From positions 1 to 57,073 of the forward strand of contig CALJEL010000016.1 of assembly GCA_938074335.1 (NCBI GenBank): a DNA stretch of 57,073 nucleotides. Reading direction: 5' to 3'. The DNA is from an uncultured bacterium. Lineage in GTDB: Bacteria > Nitrospirota > Thermodesulfovibrionia > Thermodesulfovibrionales > CALJEL01. Position 1 is the stretch's first letter. Each line of letters begins with the position of its first letter. Below, one piece after another: positions 19,423-28,891 of the stretch. The position numbers and the translations under genes are program-made. Below the pieces are notes generated by a model. That model had not been told where the DNA came from. It saw only the letters and a list, made by a program, of their open reading frames with translations, and searched no databases.

Positions 19423-21069
19423 TTATTTTTGCAGCGTCTTTGCTGCTATTGCCTCATTGAGGAGCTTTATGCCCTTCTGTGATTCATCAACAGACATTGT
19501 AAGTGATTCCCTTGCCATATCTGGGTTATGGAAACCATCTGAGTTTTCTGCTGTCCAGAACTCCCAGAGTATATGGGCCCTTAGGTGCTGGTCCTGCGCC
19601 TTCTTGATGGTCTCTTCATCAACCCCTGCCTTCTTTGCTTCAACAATCTTGTCAATCAATGCTGAAAGCCAGAACTCTGCCTTGCGCATCCTACCTTTTG
19701 TATAAGCCTTTATGGAATCAATAACATATCTTGCCTGCTCCTCTGTCCAATTACTGTGGCATCTGAGACAGGTCTCCTTGAGCTGAACTCTCGGCGTTAC
19801 AGCAAAATGAGAGGTATAGACCTTTCCTGTCTTTTTGTCCTTTACCTTTGGAGTATGACAGTCATTACATCCAACACCTGCCTTTGAGTGTTTTGAGTTA
19901 TAGAATGCCTCTGCCTCGGGGTGCTGTGCCTTCCAGAGCAGTCCACCTGTCAAAGCATGTTTAAAGTCAAGGAAATGAACCTTGTTAACATAATGGTCAT
20001 AAAGTTCGAAAACATCCTTATATGGGAAGTGGTTTGTCCTTCTGTCTGCCATTGTTACTGTATATTTTGATGTATCTGGATTTGTCGGGTCATAACCAGG
20101 GTTACAGTTATACTCCACATGGCACTGTCCGCACTGAAGCCTTGTATCGTACCTGTCAAGAAGGGCAATCTTCCTTGTATAACCCCTCACACCAAGATCA
20201 ATTACCTTTATTCCTGTTCTCTTTGAGTCCTTATGCCAGAGGGTATCTCCATCAGGTCTTGTAAGAGCATCTATTAAGGCATCTCTTACAATCCTTGGCT
20301 TTGCTGCATGGGGATCGTGGCAGACAAAACAGTTAAGTCCATGCTGAAGATTCTTTGCAAACTCAGGAACAAATGAGGTTCTTGACCATTTTGCGCCTCT
20401 ATCAGGGTCACCCATGTAGGCCCAGTCAAGAATTTGATCCTGAGTCTTGCACTGCAGACAAACAGGGTTTGCTGCTGCTGCAGTCTGCGGAAGGAATGCC
20501 TTATGCTCCTTTGTATCTGGTTTTGTATCCATGAGCACATCCCATGCCTTGCCGCCTTCAAGGACATATTGCCAGCCATTTTTGGGCTGGAACCTTCCAC
20601 CATAGGCTCTGTCAACTACAAGGTGGTCTATGAGCATCCATTTGTGGCTTCTTGTAAGTGCATGCTCTTTTGTGAAGCCATGTCCCATCATTAGCTTATC
20701 CCAAAAAGGGTTTGGAGACCTGTTTGTAAGCTGTGACTTTTCATCCCTTGCTGGTCTGTGATAAGCCTCTTTCATAAAACTTTCATACTGCTCCTTGTGA
20801 CACTGCCCGCATGCCTCCCAGCTCATATCAGTAACAGGCCTTGTCTCTGGTCCAGGAGATTTTAGATGTTTTTCAAGACCACTGTGACAGTTGACACAAT
20901 TTACCTTTGAATGTTTACCCATGGTGTGGAGCTCCTTAACAGGCCCATGGCACATGTAGCAGTTCTCTACATTCACGGGCTTTTCCTTTGGAGCTGCCTT
21001 CACTGAGCCAGTATAGGCTGTTAAAGCCAGACACGTTAAAACAATGAATATCCAGACACCTCTCTTCAT
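19423..21069 (-). CDS. Octaheme cytochrome c nitrite reductase (ONR/TvNiR type, NrfA superfamily)
   Basis: Seven CxxCH plus active-site CLQCK, CHVEY and KAQHPE motifs, signal peptide; ATG 21069 behind GGAGG. Confidence 0.9.
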   Translation of the reverse strand: MKRGVWIFIVLTCLALTAYTGSVKAAPKEKPVNVENCYMCHGPVKELHTMGKHSKVNCVNCHSGLEKHLKSPGPETRPVTDMSWEACGQCHKEQYESFMKEAYHRPARDEKSQLTNRSPNPFWDKLMMGHGFTKEHALTRSHKWMLIDHLVVDRAYGGRFQPKNGWQYVLEGGKAWDVLMDTKPDTKEHKAFLPQTAAAANPVCLQCKTQDQILDWAYMGDPDRGAKWSRTSFVPEFAKNLQHGLNCFVCHDPHAAKPRIVRDALIDALTRPDGDTLWHKDSKRTGIKVIDLGVRGYTRKIALLDRYDTRLQCGQCHVEYNCNPGYDPTNPDTSKYTVTMADRRTNHFPYKDVFELYDHYVNKVHFLDFKHALTGGLLWKAQHPEAEAFYNSKHSKAGVGCNDCHTPKVKDKKTGKVYTSHFAVTPRVQLKETCLRCHSNWTEEQARYVIDSIKAYTKGRMRKAEFWLSALIDKIVEAKKAGVDEETIKKAQDQHLRAHILWEFWTAENSDGFHNPDMARESLTMSVDESQKGIKLLNEAIAAKTLQK

Positions 21070-21123
21070 AAAAACCTCCATCAAAATGGCTCTCCATTGC
21101 CCAAAGGGCGTCTAATAAATGCT

Positions 21124-21178
21124 ATCATAAAGTAAAGTAAAGTAAAGTTAGGGTTAATAGGTGTTAATTTTCTGTTAA
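21124..21178 (-). promoter_or_regulatory. Putative onr-nap promoter with three TTAAC direct repeats
   Basis: TATGAT -10 (21124-21129); GTTAA on plus strand at 21153, 21163, 21174 (10-11 bp spacing). Confidence 0.5.
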
Positions 21179-21233
21179 AAATAGAGCCCCATTTTTCCTT
21201 TTGAGGTTGTTACAGTCTATTTATTGATATACA

Positions 21234-21520
21234 ATGAAGCATGAAAGGTTATTAAAAATAGAAGACCTGCCAAGATATACCTACGAAGACTACAGGCTCT
21301 GGGAAGGTAGATTGGAGCTTATTAATGGAATATAAAATACCGCATATGTGAGGCTATGAAGGTAAAATACTGTGTGATCGTTGATATAGAGCTGAATATC
21401 GCTGAGGTATATGAACTCAAAAAAGAACATTATACAAAGATAAAAGAGGCAAGGGATGAGATAATCCATTTTGACCTCGGTGAGTACAGCATTAACTTTG
21501 ACTTCTCAAAGATATGGTAA
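21234..21520 (+). pseudogene. Uma2-family endonuclease remnant
   Basis: PRYTYEDYRLWEGRLELINGI* followed by C-terminal VKYCVIVD...FDFSKIW*; central part missing. Confidence 0.7.
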
Positions 21521-21532
21521 AAATAAGGCTTT

Positions 21533-23155
21533 CTACCTTCTGCTCCAGTAAGGACTTTTAATATCCTCAAAGGCAGAAAGGGCTGCGAGGGAACCCTGAG
21601 AGACTGCAACGACTATCTGCTTAACGCCACCTGTAATATCTCCTGCAGCATAAACATAGGGCATAGATGTCCTCATATGTTGATCCACGACTATATACCC
21701 CTGTTCATCAAGTTTAAGGCCAAGCATATTTGCAACCCTGTTATTGGGCTCATAGCCTATTGCTATGAAGACACCATCAACAGGGATCTCTCTCACAGAG
21801 CCATCAATATTGTTTTTTATCTTAACTGACTTAACTACCTTATCACCGCTTATCTCGATGACCTCTGAATTCCATAATACCGGGATATTCGCAGTCTTGA
21901 GGCTTTGCTGCAACCTCATCTCTGCCCTGAACTGATCCCGCCTGTGGACAACGGTTACATCTGCGCCAAGGGAATGAAGGTAAATTGCAAAGGTAAGGGC
22001 AGTGTTTCCACCACCAATAACTATGACCTTTTTGCCATCCTTAAAGAGATAACCGTCGCATTCAGCACAATAACTCACACCCCTTCCATAAAACCTCTTC
22101 TCACCGGGGACATCAAGCCTCTTGTTCATGGCACCAGTTGCAATTATTATTGCCTTTGAAATATAAGTTGCCCTGCTGGTCTTTACATAAAATTCACTGT
22201 CCTTTCTGTGTATGTCCTTCACATCTTCTCCGGTATGTATCTTTGCATACTGCGCAGCATGCTGTACAAGAAGCTCCACAAGGGTCTTGCCTGGTATCCT
22301 TGCAAATCCAGGATAGTTCTCCACAACAGGTGTTATTGCCACCTGTCCACCCAGGGCTGTCTTTTCAAGGACCACTGTCCTCAGACCTGCCCTCTCTGCA
22401 TAAATAGCAGCACTGAGGCCTGCTGGTCCGCCACCGATTATTACAAGATCCTTCTTTATGGGTTCTGATGGGACCTCAGTATATTCAAACTTAATTCCCT
22501 CATGAGGTGCCTCTGGATTAAGAAGGGAGTTTATAAAATCATCCTCAGACTCAACACCTGGTGCCGTGAGGATGTCATTTATATAGGTCTGGGGGACAGA
22601 TACTATGCCGAGCTCAAGGGCGATGTCCTTATTCTCATAGATCTCTATAATCTCAACACCTACAAATTCTTTTTTCGCAATCGCAGCAGAGACGGCATAA
22701 CTTACCTGCTGGGGGCAGTAAGGACAGAGCGGACTCACATAAACCTTTATATCTCTTTTTTCCTTGAGTTTCATCAACTTCTTAAGGGATTTATCAGAAA
22801 GCACAGTACTTCCGGTGGAGGCCATGATAATGGTCATTATAAGGGAACGGCCCTCCTCTCCTACAGGTGCACCTGTAAAGCGGATATTATATTTATCAGG
22901 TGCTATAAGAAGGGTTGGTGAGCGAAGGACATTCCTTTCTTTTGATTTTTCATCTCCTATGGTATAAAAGGCTGGTTTAATCTTTGAAGAAAGCTCTCCA
23001 AGAACTGTCAGTAACTCCCTTGCAGCATTGTTAAAGGCGTCATTAATACCCTCTTTTGTGAAGACCTCAATGAGGACTTCTTCTTGGAGATCCCTGAAGG
23101 CATCCCTCAGGACATTCTTTATATCCTCTGTAATCAATTCCCTTTTCTCTGACAT
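21533..23155 (-). CDS. Thioredoxin reductase fused to N-terminal protein-disulfide oxidoreductase (AhpF-like architecture)
   Basis: Thioredoxin-fold CPYC, then GGGPAG, GRGVSYCAECD, GGGNTA, AAGD; start reset to ATG 23155. Confidence 0.88.
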   Translation of the reverse strand: MSEKRELITEDIKNVLRDAFRDLQEEVLIEVFTKEGINDAFNNAARELLTVLGELSSKIKPAFYTIGDEKSKERNVLRSPTLLIAPDKYNIRFTGAPVGEEGRSLIMTIIMASTGSTVLSDKSLKKLMKLKEKRDIKVYVSPLCPYCPQQVSYAVSAAIAKKEFVGVEIIEIYENKDIALELGIVSVPQTYINDILTAPGVESEDDFINSLLNPEAPHEGIKFEYTEVPSEPIKKDLVIIGGGPAGLSAAIYAERAGLRTVVLEKTALGGQVAITPVVENYPGFARIPGKTLVELLVQHAAQYAKIHTGEDVKDIHRKDSEFYVKTSRATYISKAIIIATGAMNKRLDVPGEKRFYGRGVSYCAECDGYLFKDGKKVIVIGGGNTALTFAIYLHSLGADVTVVHRRDQFRAEMRLQQSLKTANIPVLWNSEVIEISGDKVVKSVKIKNNIDGSVREIPVDGVFIAIGYEPNNRVANMLGLKLDEQGYIVVDQHMRTSMPYVYAAGDITGGVKQIVVAVSQGSLAALSAFEDIKSPYWSRR

Positions 23156-23241
23156 AGGAGCTGTCTTTTTAAAGCTTACATTATAATTCTTTTTCAGGTC
23201 AATCAGAAAGAAAACACCGCAATCTGCCAATAGAAATTTAT

Positions 23242-23389
23242 AATAAACCTTCAATAAAAACTGGCAGGCTGCCCATATTTCGGGGTTCACGGACTGAAGC
23301 TTGTCTTCAGTCCGTGCTCTAAAGGCAATACCAGCACCCCAGAAAATCTGACGATTTTCTGGGGACCCCGCCTGCGACACCTTAATAGA
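23242..23389 (-). repeat. Two-hairpin element, copy 3
   Basis: Hairpins at 23288-23316 and 23337-23364; matches copies 1 and 2. Confidence 0.9.
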
Positions 23390-23497
23390 GCGACAGTGCG
23401 ACAGAGCGACAGCTTTTAGTGCGACAGAACGACAGAGCGACAGCGTTGTCGCACTATCGCACTGTCGCACTGTAGCACTGTAGCACTGTCGCTCTAT
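23385..23497. repeat. Inverted array of 8-bp units (GCGACAGW / WCTGTCGC)
   Basis: Left units face right units; perfect 15-bp terminal inverted repeat ATAGAGCGACAGTGC. Confidence 0.9.
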
Positions 23498-23578
23498 AGT
23501 GAAAACATTCCACATCAGCCACTCTAATCCCTGATGAGGCTTGTACATCATAAATTCATTTTCAGGTATAATATCTCT

Positions 23579-23824
23579 ATGGAAAAACTTGGTCTCATAG
23601 CCGGGCTCTTTAATCTTGCCTTTATACTGAACCTGCCATCAGGTTTCCTGAGAGGCAGGGCAAAAAAATTCTCTCCTCGGTGGTTTCTCTTTATACACCT
23701 TCCCATACCTTTTATTGCCTTTGCAAGGATATTCTCCCATATAGAGCTTAAATATATACCCCTTTTTATCCTTTCATCAATCCTTGGTCAGATAATAGGC
23801 AGTAAACTCAGATTTGAGGTGTGA
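23579..23824 (+). CDS. Small hypothetical membrane protein
   Basis: NLPSGFLR...KKFSPRWFLFIHLPIPFI hydrophobic pattern; TATAAT 6 nt before ATG. Confidence 0.65.
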   Translation: MEKLGLIAGLFNLAFILNLPSGFLRGRAKKFSPRWFLFIHLPIPFIAFARIFSHIELKYIPLFILSSILGQIIGSKLRFEV

Positions 23825-23825
23825 T

Positions 23826-24191
23826 ATGAAATGGTTTGAGGAGGCAGAAAGAAAATTAAGGGGTGCAGAACTCCTTTTAAAAGAAGGCTATTTTGACAGC
23901 TCCTGTCTTGTAAGCTATATTTCAGCACAGATATCTCTTTATCAGTTAATAGAACAAAATGATCAGTTATCCTCAGCTCCATCCCTTGTTTATATCTTAA
24001 AAAAATACTCTAACCCCCCATCAGAAGTCCTCCATTCAGCAAAGATACTTGAGACCTACAGTCTTATTTTAAGGGTTCCTTCATCCATCCCTGAAGGTGT
24101 TCCCTCTGATTACATTGATAAGGCCATGGCAGAGGAGGCATTAAGGCATGCAAAGGCCATCATGGAATTTGTTAAAAGAGAAGTGGGGTAA
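23826..24191 (+). CDS. HEPN domain protein (divergent)
   Basis: WFEEAERKL..AELLLKEGYFDSSC..S and C-terminal AEEAL..A..I.EFV HEPN helices. Confidence 0.7.
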   Translation: MKWFEEAERKLRGAELLLKEGYFDSSCLVSYISAQISLYQLIEQNDQLSSAPSLVYILKKYSNPPSEVLHSAKILETYSLILRVPSSIPEGVPSDYIDKAMAEEALRHAKAIMEFVKREVG

Positions 24192-24537
24192 TCTATTCTT
24201 CTTTGATAGCCTGAGCCTTTTTCTCAGCAGGCTTCATGAAGAAAGACAGAGGTCACTGGCAGGTGTGATCCTCTTTGATCCTTATGGAAAAGTCATACCG
24301 CCCAAATATCCACCACTTCATATAGCTGTTATATATAGAGAGGATGTGAATTTTATAGAAAATAATCTCAAATTAAGAAATCTTGATCACGATGGTGTGA
24401 TTGAACCCTTTGGTTATGGAATAAGGGCTTTTAAAAACATGCTTAAAAAAAATAACCCGTTAGCCCATGAGGCTATAAAGAATGGGATAGTTCTTTACGA
24501 GCTGAATTCTGGACTCAGGGAACTGGAATCTATATAA
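24148..24537 (+). CDS. Degenerate nucleotidyltransferase-fold protein
   Basis: GVILF...IEPFGY...EAIKNGIVLY MNT scaffold without GS/DxD; start uncertain. Confidence 0.5.
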   Translation: MQRPSWNLLKEKWGNLFFFDSLSLFLSRLHEERQRSLAGVILFDPYGKVIPPKYPPLHIAVIYREDVNFIENNLKLRNLDHDGVIEPFGYGIRAFKNMLKKNNPLAHEAIKNGIVLYELNSGLRELESI

Positions 24538-25589
24538 CCCTCAATAAGTATATCCTTACCAATACGCCTGGTCTTCATATCCCGGATTCTCCAGGGCTTA
24601 TCAAGACCTGTTGATACACCTCCAACAGGAGTAATGGAATCCTTGCCACCTATTATCTTAGGAGATATAAAGAAGAGGACCTTATCAACAACTCCGTCCC
24701 TGAGTGCATTATAGTTGATAGAGGAACCACCTTCTATCAATACAGATGTAATACCTTTCTGATATAGCCTTTTCATGGCATCCCTGAGGTCAAGTCTTTC
24801 AGAGTCAAAATACTCAACCTCAATACCATCAGGTAAAGGTGGATGGTTTTTATTCCTCGTAAAAATAATGGTTGGTGGAGGAGTTTTAAGGATATTTGCA
24901 TCCATGGAGATCTCAAACTCTGGATCAACAACTACTCGCACAGGATTTCTCCCTTTTACAAGCCTTACAGTAAGCTCAGGATCATCAGCCCTGACAGTGC
25001 CAATCCCTGTAAGCACAGCATCCACAGTGCTTCTTAGTTTATGCACATATCTTCTTGAAGGCAGTGAGGTTATCCACTTTGAATCACCACTTTCAGTGGC
25101 AATCTTTCCATCAAGGGTCATGGCAACCTTAAGTATTACAAAGGGCATACCTGTTGTGATATGTTTTATATAAAACTCATTGAGTCTTTTTGATTCCTCC
25201 TCCAGAATACCTACCTGAACATCTATGCCTGACCTTCTTAACAATTCCACACCCCTTCCAGAGACCTTTGGATTGGGATCAATCATACCCACCACTACCC
25301 TCTTTATCCCGGCCCTTATAATTGCCTGTGCACAGGGAGGAGTTCTTTTATTAAGATGGCAGCAGGGTTCAAGATTTACATATAAGGTAGCACCTCTTGC
25401 CTTTGCACCAGCACGCTCAAGGGCAACTGCCTCTGCATGTGGAAGCCCTGGCATTTCATGATAACCCTCTGCTATGGTCCTTCCAGCCTTTACAATAACA
25501 GCACCCACAAGTGGATTTGGTGAGGTCTTACCCAGGGCCTTCTGTGCAAGTCTTAAAGCCCTTTTCATATAAAGGATATCAGGAGACAT
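24495..25589 (-). CDS. ribD: Riboflavin biosynthesis deaminase/reductase
   Basis: PNPLVG, HAE, LEPCCH..TPPC, TLDGKIA, LIEGG motifs. Confidence 0.96.
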   Translation of the reverse strand: MSPDILYMKRALRLAQKALGKTSPNPLVGAVIVKAGRTIAEGYHEMPGLPHAEAVALERAGAKARGATLYVNLEPCCHLNKRTPPCAQAIIRAGIKRVVVGMIDPNPKVSGRGVELLRRSGIDVQVGILEEESKRLNEFYIKHITTGMPFVILKVAMTLDGKIATESGDSKWITSLPSRRYVHKLRSTVDAVLTGIGTVRADDPELTVRLVKGRNPVRVVVDPEFEISMDANILKTPPPTIIFTRNKNHPPLPDGIEVEYFDSERLDLRDAMKRLYQKGITSVLIEGGSSINYNALRDGVVDKVLFFISPKIIGGKDSITPVGGVSTGLDKPWRIRDMKTRRIGKDILIEGYIDSSSLSPEFSS

Positions 25590-25912
25590 GAAAGATTTTA
25601 ATTCATTTAAGAAAGGCTATGCAACTCGCTTTTGCCGGTAGAATTCAAAAAGCTTTATTACCGGTCTTTGCAAGGATATCAATGAAGTGAAGGAGGCTGA
25701 AGACAGGAAGAGGCGTCAGCGGTGATCATGATACAACCCCTCACTGCCTTTCACTATCTTCCTCATGATATTATAGCTTTTACTAAAATAATAAGATTTA
25801 TGCCATGGCAAAAAAATAACCTCCTCATTTTGAAGTCCCTCTCACATTAGTACAACAAAGATATAGTGAATTTATGGAATAGAATTCATACCTTTAAAAA
25901 CCCTGCGTTACG

Positions 25913-26767
25913 CTATTTCACCACCAATACAGGACAGGGTGCATGTCCTATGACCTTCTCTGTAACACTTCCCATGAGGAGTCTCTTTAATCCTGTCCTT
26001 CCATGGGAACCCATTACAATAATTCCCGCACCTGATTCTCTGGCTACATCAGTAATAACCCTGTATGCTTCTCCCTCCATTACAATGGTCTCTGCCTTTA
26101 CACCTGACGCCTCTGCATCATTTTTCACTGTCTCCACATATCCCCTTGCCTTATTAACCAACTCCTCAACAGTCTTTGGTGATTCTGCATAGAATTCAGG
26201 CGGGATATCAACAACAGATATAACTGTAATAGTTCCTCCATAGGACATTGCAAAGTCTATTGCCTTCTTTTCAGCAGCATTACTGTATTTAGAGCCATCT
26301 GTAGCTATCAGGACATTCTTAAATCCCAAACTTGTATCCCTCGGCACAACAAGGACATCTATGGGGCTGTATCCAATAACCCTTGCTGTAACGCTTCCAA
26401 TGAGAGCCCTTTCAAGACGGGTCATACCTCGCCTGCCCATGACTATCAAATCATAATTGCCTTTCTCCGCCACATCTATAATGGTATCAGAGGGGCTTCC
26501 TTCTTCAAGTATAGTTTTTATAGAGACACCATCTTCATCTGCAATTTTTTTAATCTCAGCGAGTATCCTTTCTCCCTCCTCTCTCAGTTTCTCGCTAATC
26601 ATTTCCTTGGCGCTGAGTGTCTCAAATTGGTCATGATAGAGTGGAATTGTTGTAATAACTGTTAGCCAGCTTTTATCTTCACGGGTAATCCTACATGCCT
26701 GTCTGAAGGCATTTTTGCTTGAATCTGAGCCATCAACTGCTACGAGGATTTTTCCATATCTACCCAT
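25913..26767 (-). CDS. Tandem-domain universal stress protein
   Basis: Two USP domains (VAVDGS..MGRRG..GSV; ATDGS..MGSHG..GSV). Confidence 0.92.
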   Translation of the reverse strand: MGRYGKILVAVDGSDSSKNAFRQACRITREDKSWLTVITTIPLYHDQFETLSAKEMISEKLREEGERILAEIKKIADEDGVSIKTILEEGSPSDTIIDVAEKGNYDLIVMGRRGMTRLERALIGSVTARVIGYSPIDVLVVPRDTSLGFKNVLIATDGSKYSNAAEKKAIDFAMSYGGTITVISVVDIPPEFYAESPKTVEELVNKARGYVETVKNDAEASGVKAETIVMEGEAYRVITDVARESGAGIIVMGSHGRTGLKRLLMGSVTEKVIGHAPCPVLVVK

Positions 26768-27478
26768 CTACACCTCCTTTTTAACTTTTGCCTTCTTCAT
26801 GCTGAGACCCACCCCTTCAAACAAATAAAATATAGCAAATCCCCACCACATTGTGTAAAGCACATAGAATATTAAAAGTCCTGACATCATACCGGCATGG
26901 TCGCTCACACGATATGCATCTATCTGATAGAAGTTATATCCAGGCTCCACAGCCTTTTTGGTCACATCAGAGACAGCCTTTGCCTCGACAATGAGTTTCT
27001 CTTTCTTCAGATTTTTTTCTATCCTGGTTAAAGCCTGCCACCAGTTTTTCATTACCTTCTTTTCATCATATCCATACCGTTCTGAGACAGATTTTCCGTC
27101 ATTCTTGTACATGGCATCAGCATCTTTGAGTGCACTCTGGAGGATTGCTCCGAGGTCGCCTTCTACCTTAAGTTCTATATCTTTTGCATCAACTTTAGCC
27201 CCCGCCGCCGTGAAAAGTTTTGCGGTGTTTTCAACATCCTCTGCCCTATCTAATTTTATACTAATAGATAATGGTCTCCCCACAAATTTTTCAACCGATT
27301 TTGAGACCTTCGGAATGAAATAGGATGAACCCTTAGCAAGCTTATTGAAACTGTCATCTGCATACTGAAGCCCATTTTTACCATTAAAAACCGGCAAAAA
27401 AATCAAGAACAGCACACCAAAAAATGTTATTGCAAAAAACATCCCTATGCTGAATTGCTTTTTATTTCTTATCATCAT
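26768..27478 (-). CDS. Conserved two-TM membrane protein associated with TSUP transporter
   Basis: N- and C-terminal TM helices, FNKLAKGSSYFIP, YTMWWGFAI. Confidence 0.7.
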   Translation of the reverse strand: MMIRNKKQFSIGMFFAITFFGVLFLIFLPVFNGKNGLQYADDSFNKLAKGSSYFIPKVSKSVEKFVGRPLSISIKLDRAEDVENTAKLFTAAGAKVDAKDIELKVEGDLGAILQSALKDADAMYKNDGKSVSERYGYDEKKVMKNWWQALTRIEKNLKKEKLIVEAKAVSDVTKKAVEPGYNFYQIDAYRVSDHAGMMSGLLIFYVLYTMWWGFAIFYLFEGVGLSMKKAKVKKEV

Positions 27479-27479
27479 G

Positions 27480-28775
27480 TTATGCCTCCTCTTTAACAAG
27501 GAGAGGAGCAGTATGTTCTTCCTCACCTCTCAATGTATTTATATTCATCATAAATTTACTGATGACCCATATTGCAAATATGCCAACAACTATCCAGAAT
27601 ATAATATTCCCCGCAGTTTCAATCCCTTGAACAACCGGCTTTGAGATGTTTATAACCTCAAGTTCCACAAGTTTCTTTGGAAGGGTAAAAGCCCTGTTTA
27701 TAAAACCAGCAAGTATTGATACAGCGTAGAAGCCTCTAATATGAATACCCTTTACAACCTTCGTTGTAAGTGCACCGACTTGAACCCCGATGAGAGAGCC
27801 GAGCAACATCCCCATTGCAAGCGTGTAAAATACATAACCGTAAATTGCATACTGTGTTATGGCACCAAGCCCTGCTGTGAAGATAATCTGAAGAATATCT
27901 GTCCCAACTGTTGTCATAGAAGATACACCGAAAACATACACAAACATCGGGAATGTAATAAATCCACCACCAACACCCATTATGGCTGCCATAACACCGA
28001 CTACTACACCCCCCAGTGCCACTATCACACCCGAAATTCTTTTACCGCCTGGTATGTAATCTTCATCAAATCTTATCATTGGGGGGATATTTACTTTCTG
28101 GATTTTAATGGAGAGGTTTGTTGTTCCTGATAAACTACTGCTGTGTGCATCACCTGAGTCTTTTGACTTTCGTGACCTTAAAAAATCAGCAAGGGCGTAA
28201 AAACCGAGAAACCCGAGCAGTAAGGCATAAACTGCGCTGATAAATGCCTCGCTCAAAAGAGGGTCTTTGTTATAGAGTCCTTTGTTTATAGCACCTCCAA
28301 TGAATGTGCCACCGGCAGAGCCGACAAGAAATGCCAAGGCGAGTTTTACAGATACATTACCGAGCTTTTTATGAACTGCTGTTCCCATAATAGCCTTAGC
28401 AAAAATATGGAAAAGGTCCGTCCCAACTGCGAGTATTCCTTTTACTCCTGCTGCCATAAGTGCAGGGGTAATAATAAAACCTCCTCCTGCTCCAATACAG
28501 CCTGTTATAAGACCGGCACACATACCAATAGCAATTGATATTAAAAATATATTTGTTGAATAAAATGCAGGGGCATAAGCACTTTTCCCGCCTAAAATAT
28601 CTCCTGCCTCAACCACTATCGCAGCCAGTATTGGTAAAGTTGCAGCCAGCAATATTAACAGTTTTTTCTTTTTTCTCAGGATATTCATTGAGACTTCATA
28701 ATCCCATCTGGCGTGAGCGGTAGATGCCATCTTCAAAAATTCAAATATCTGTCTTCCAATTCCCATTTTGGTCAT
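27480..28775 (-). CDS. TSUP (TauE/SafE) family sulfur-compound transporter
   Basis: GAGGGFIITP, AVGTDL, GVGGGFITFP, TVGTD repeated halves. Confidence 0.88.
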   Translation of the reverse strand: MTKMGIGRQIFEFLKMASTAHARWDYEVSMNILRKKKKLLILLAATLPILAAIVVEAGDILGGKSAYAPAFYSTNIFLISIAIGMCAGLITGCIGAGGGFIITPALMAAGVKGILAVGTDLFHIFAKAIMGTAVHKKLGNVSVKLALAFLVGSAGGTFIGGAINKGLYNKDPLLSEAFISAVYALLLGFLGFYALADFLRSRKSKDSGDAHSSSLSGTTNLSIKIQKVNIPPMIRFDEDYIPGGKRISGVIVALGGVVVGVMAAIMGVGGGFITFPMFVYVFGVSSMTTVGTDILQIIFTAGLGAITQYAIYGYVFYTLAMGMLLGSLIGVQVGALTTKVVKGIHIRGFYAVSILAGFINRAFTLPKKLVELEVINISKPVVQGIETAGNIIFWIVVGIFAIWVISKFMMNINTLRGEEEHTAPLLVKEEA

Positions 28776-28790
28776 TCCTCCTCAATTTGT

Positions 28791-28888
28791 TTTAGTGTGA
28801 GTGTTTAGTGTCTGTGTCAGTATTTGATTTTTACTGACACTACTCACTGACACTTATTTGTTTGCTGACACTGTTCACTTATCACTGT
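28791..28888. repeat. Inverted short-unit array (AGTGTC/GACACT-like)
   Basis: Left agtgt-rich units face right actgacact units. Confidence 0.6.
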
Positions 28889-28891
28889 TTT

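Noticed and set aside
19423-21069. Pentaheme NrfA call
   Set aside because: Eight heme motifs are present, three of them before the CxxCK, which fits the octaheme type
23385-23497. Possible CRISPR array
   Set aside because: 8-bp units with no unique spacers and no cas genes
23156-23551. 132-aa N-terminal extension of the TrxR fusion ORF
   Set aside because: It is a translation of the 8-mer array and the dispersed hairpin element; the same peptide appears in ORF 6..296
25619-25690. QLAFAGRIQKALLP, resembling a SpoIIE/PP2C phosphatase linker
   Set aside because: Too short to support without a search
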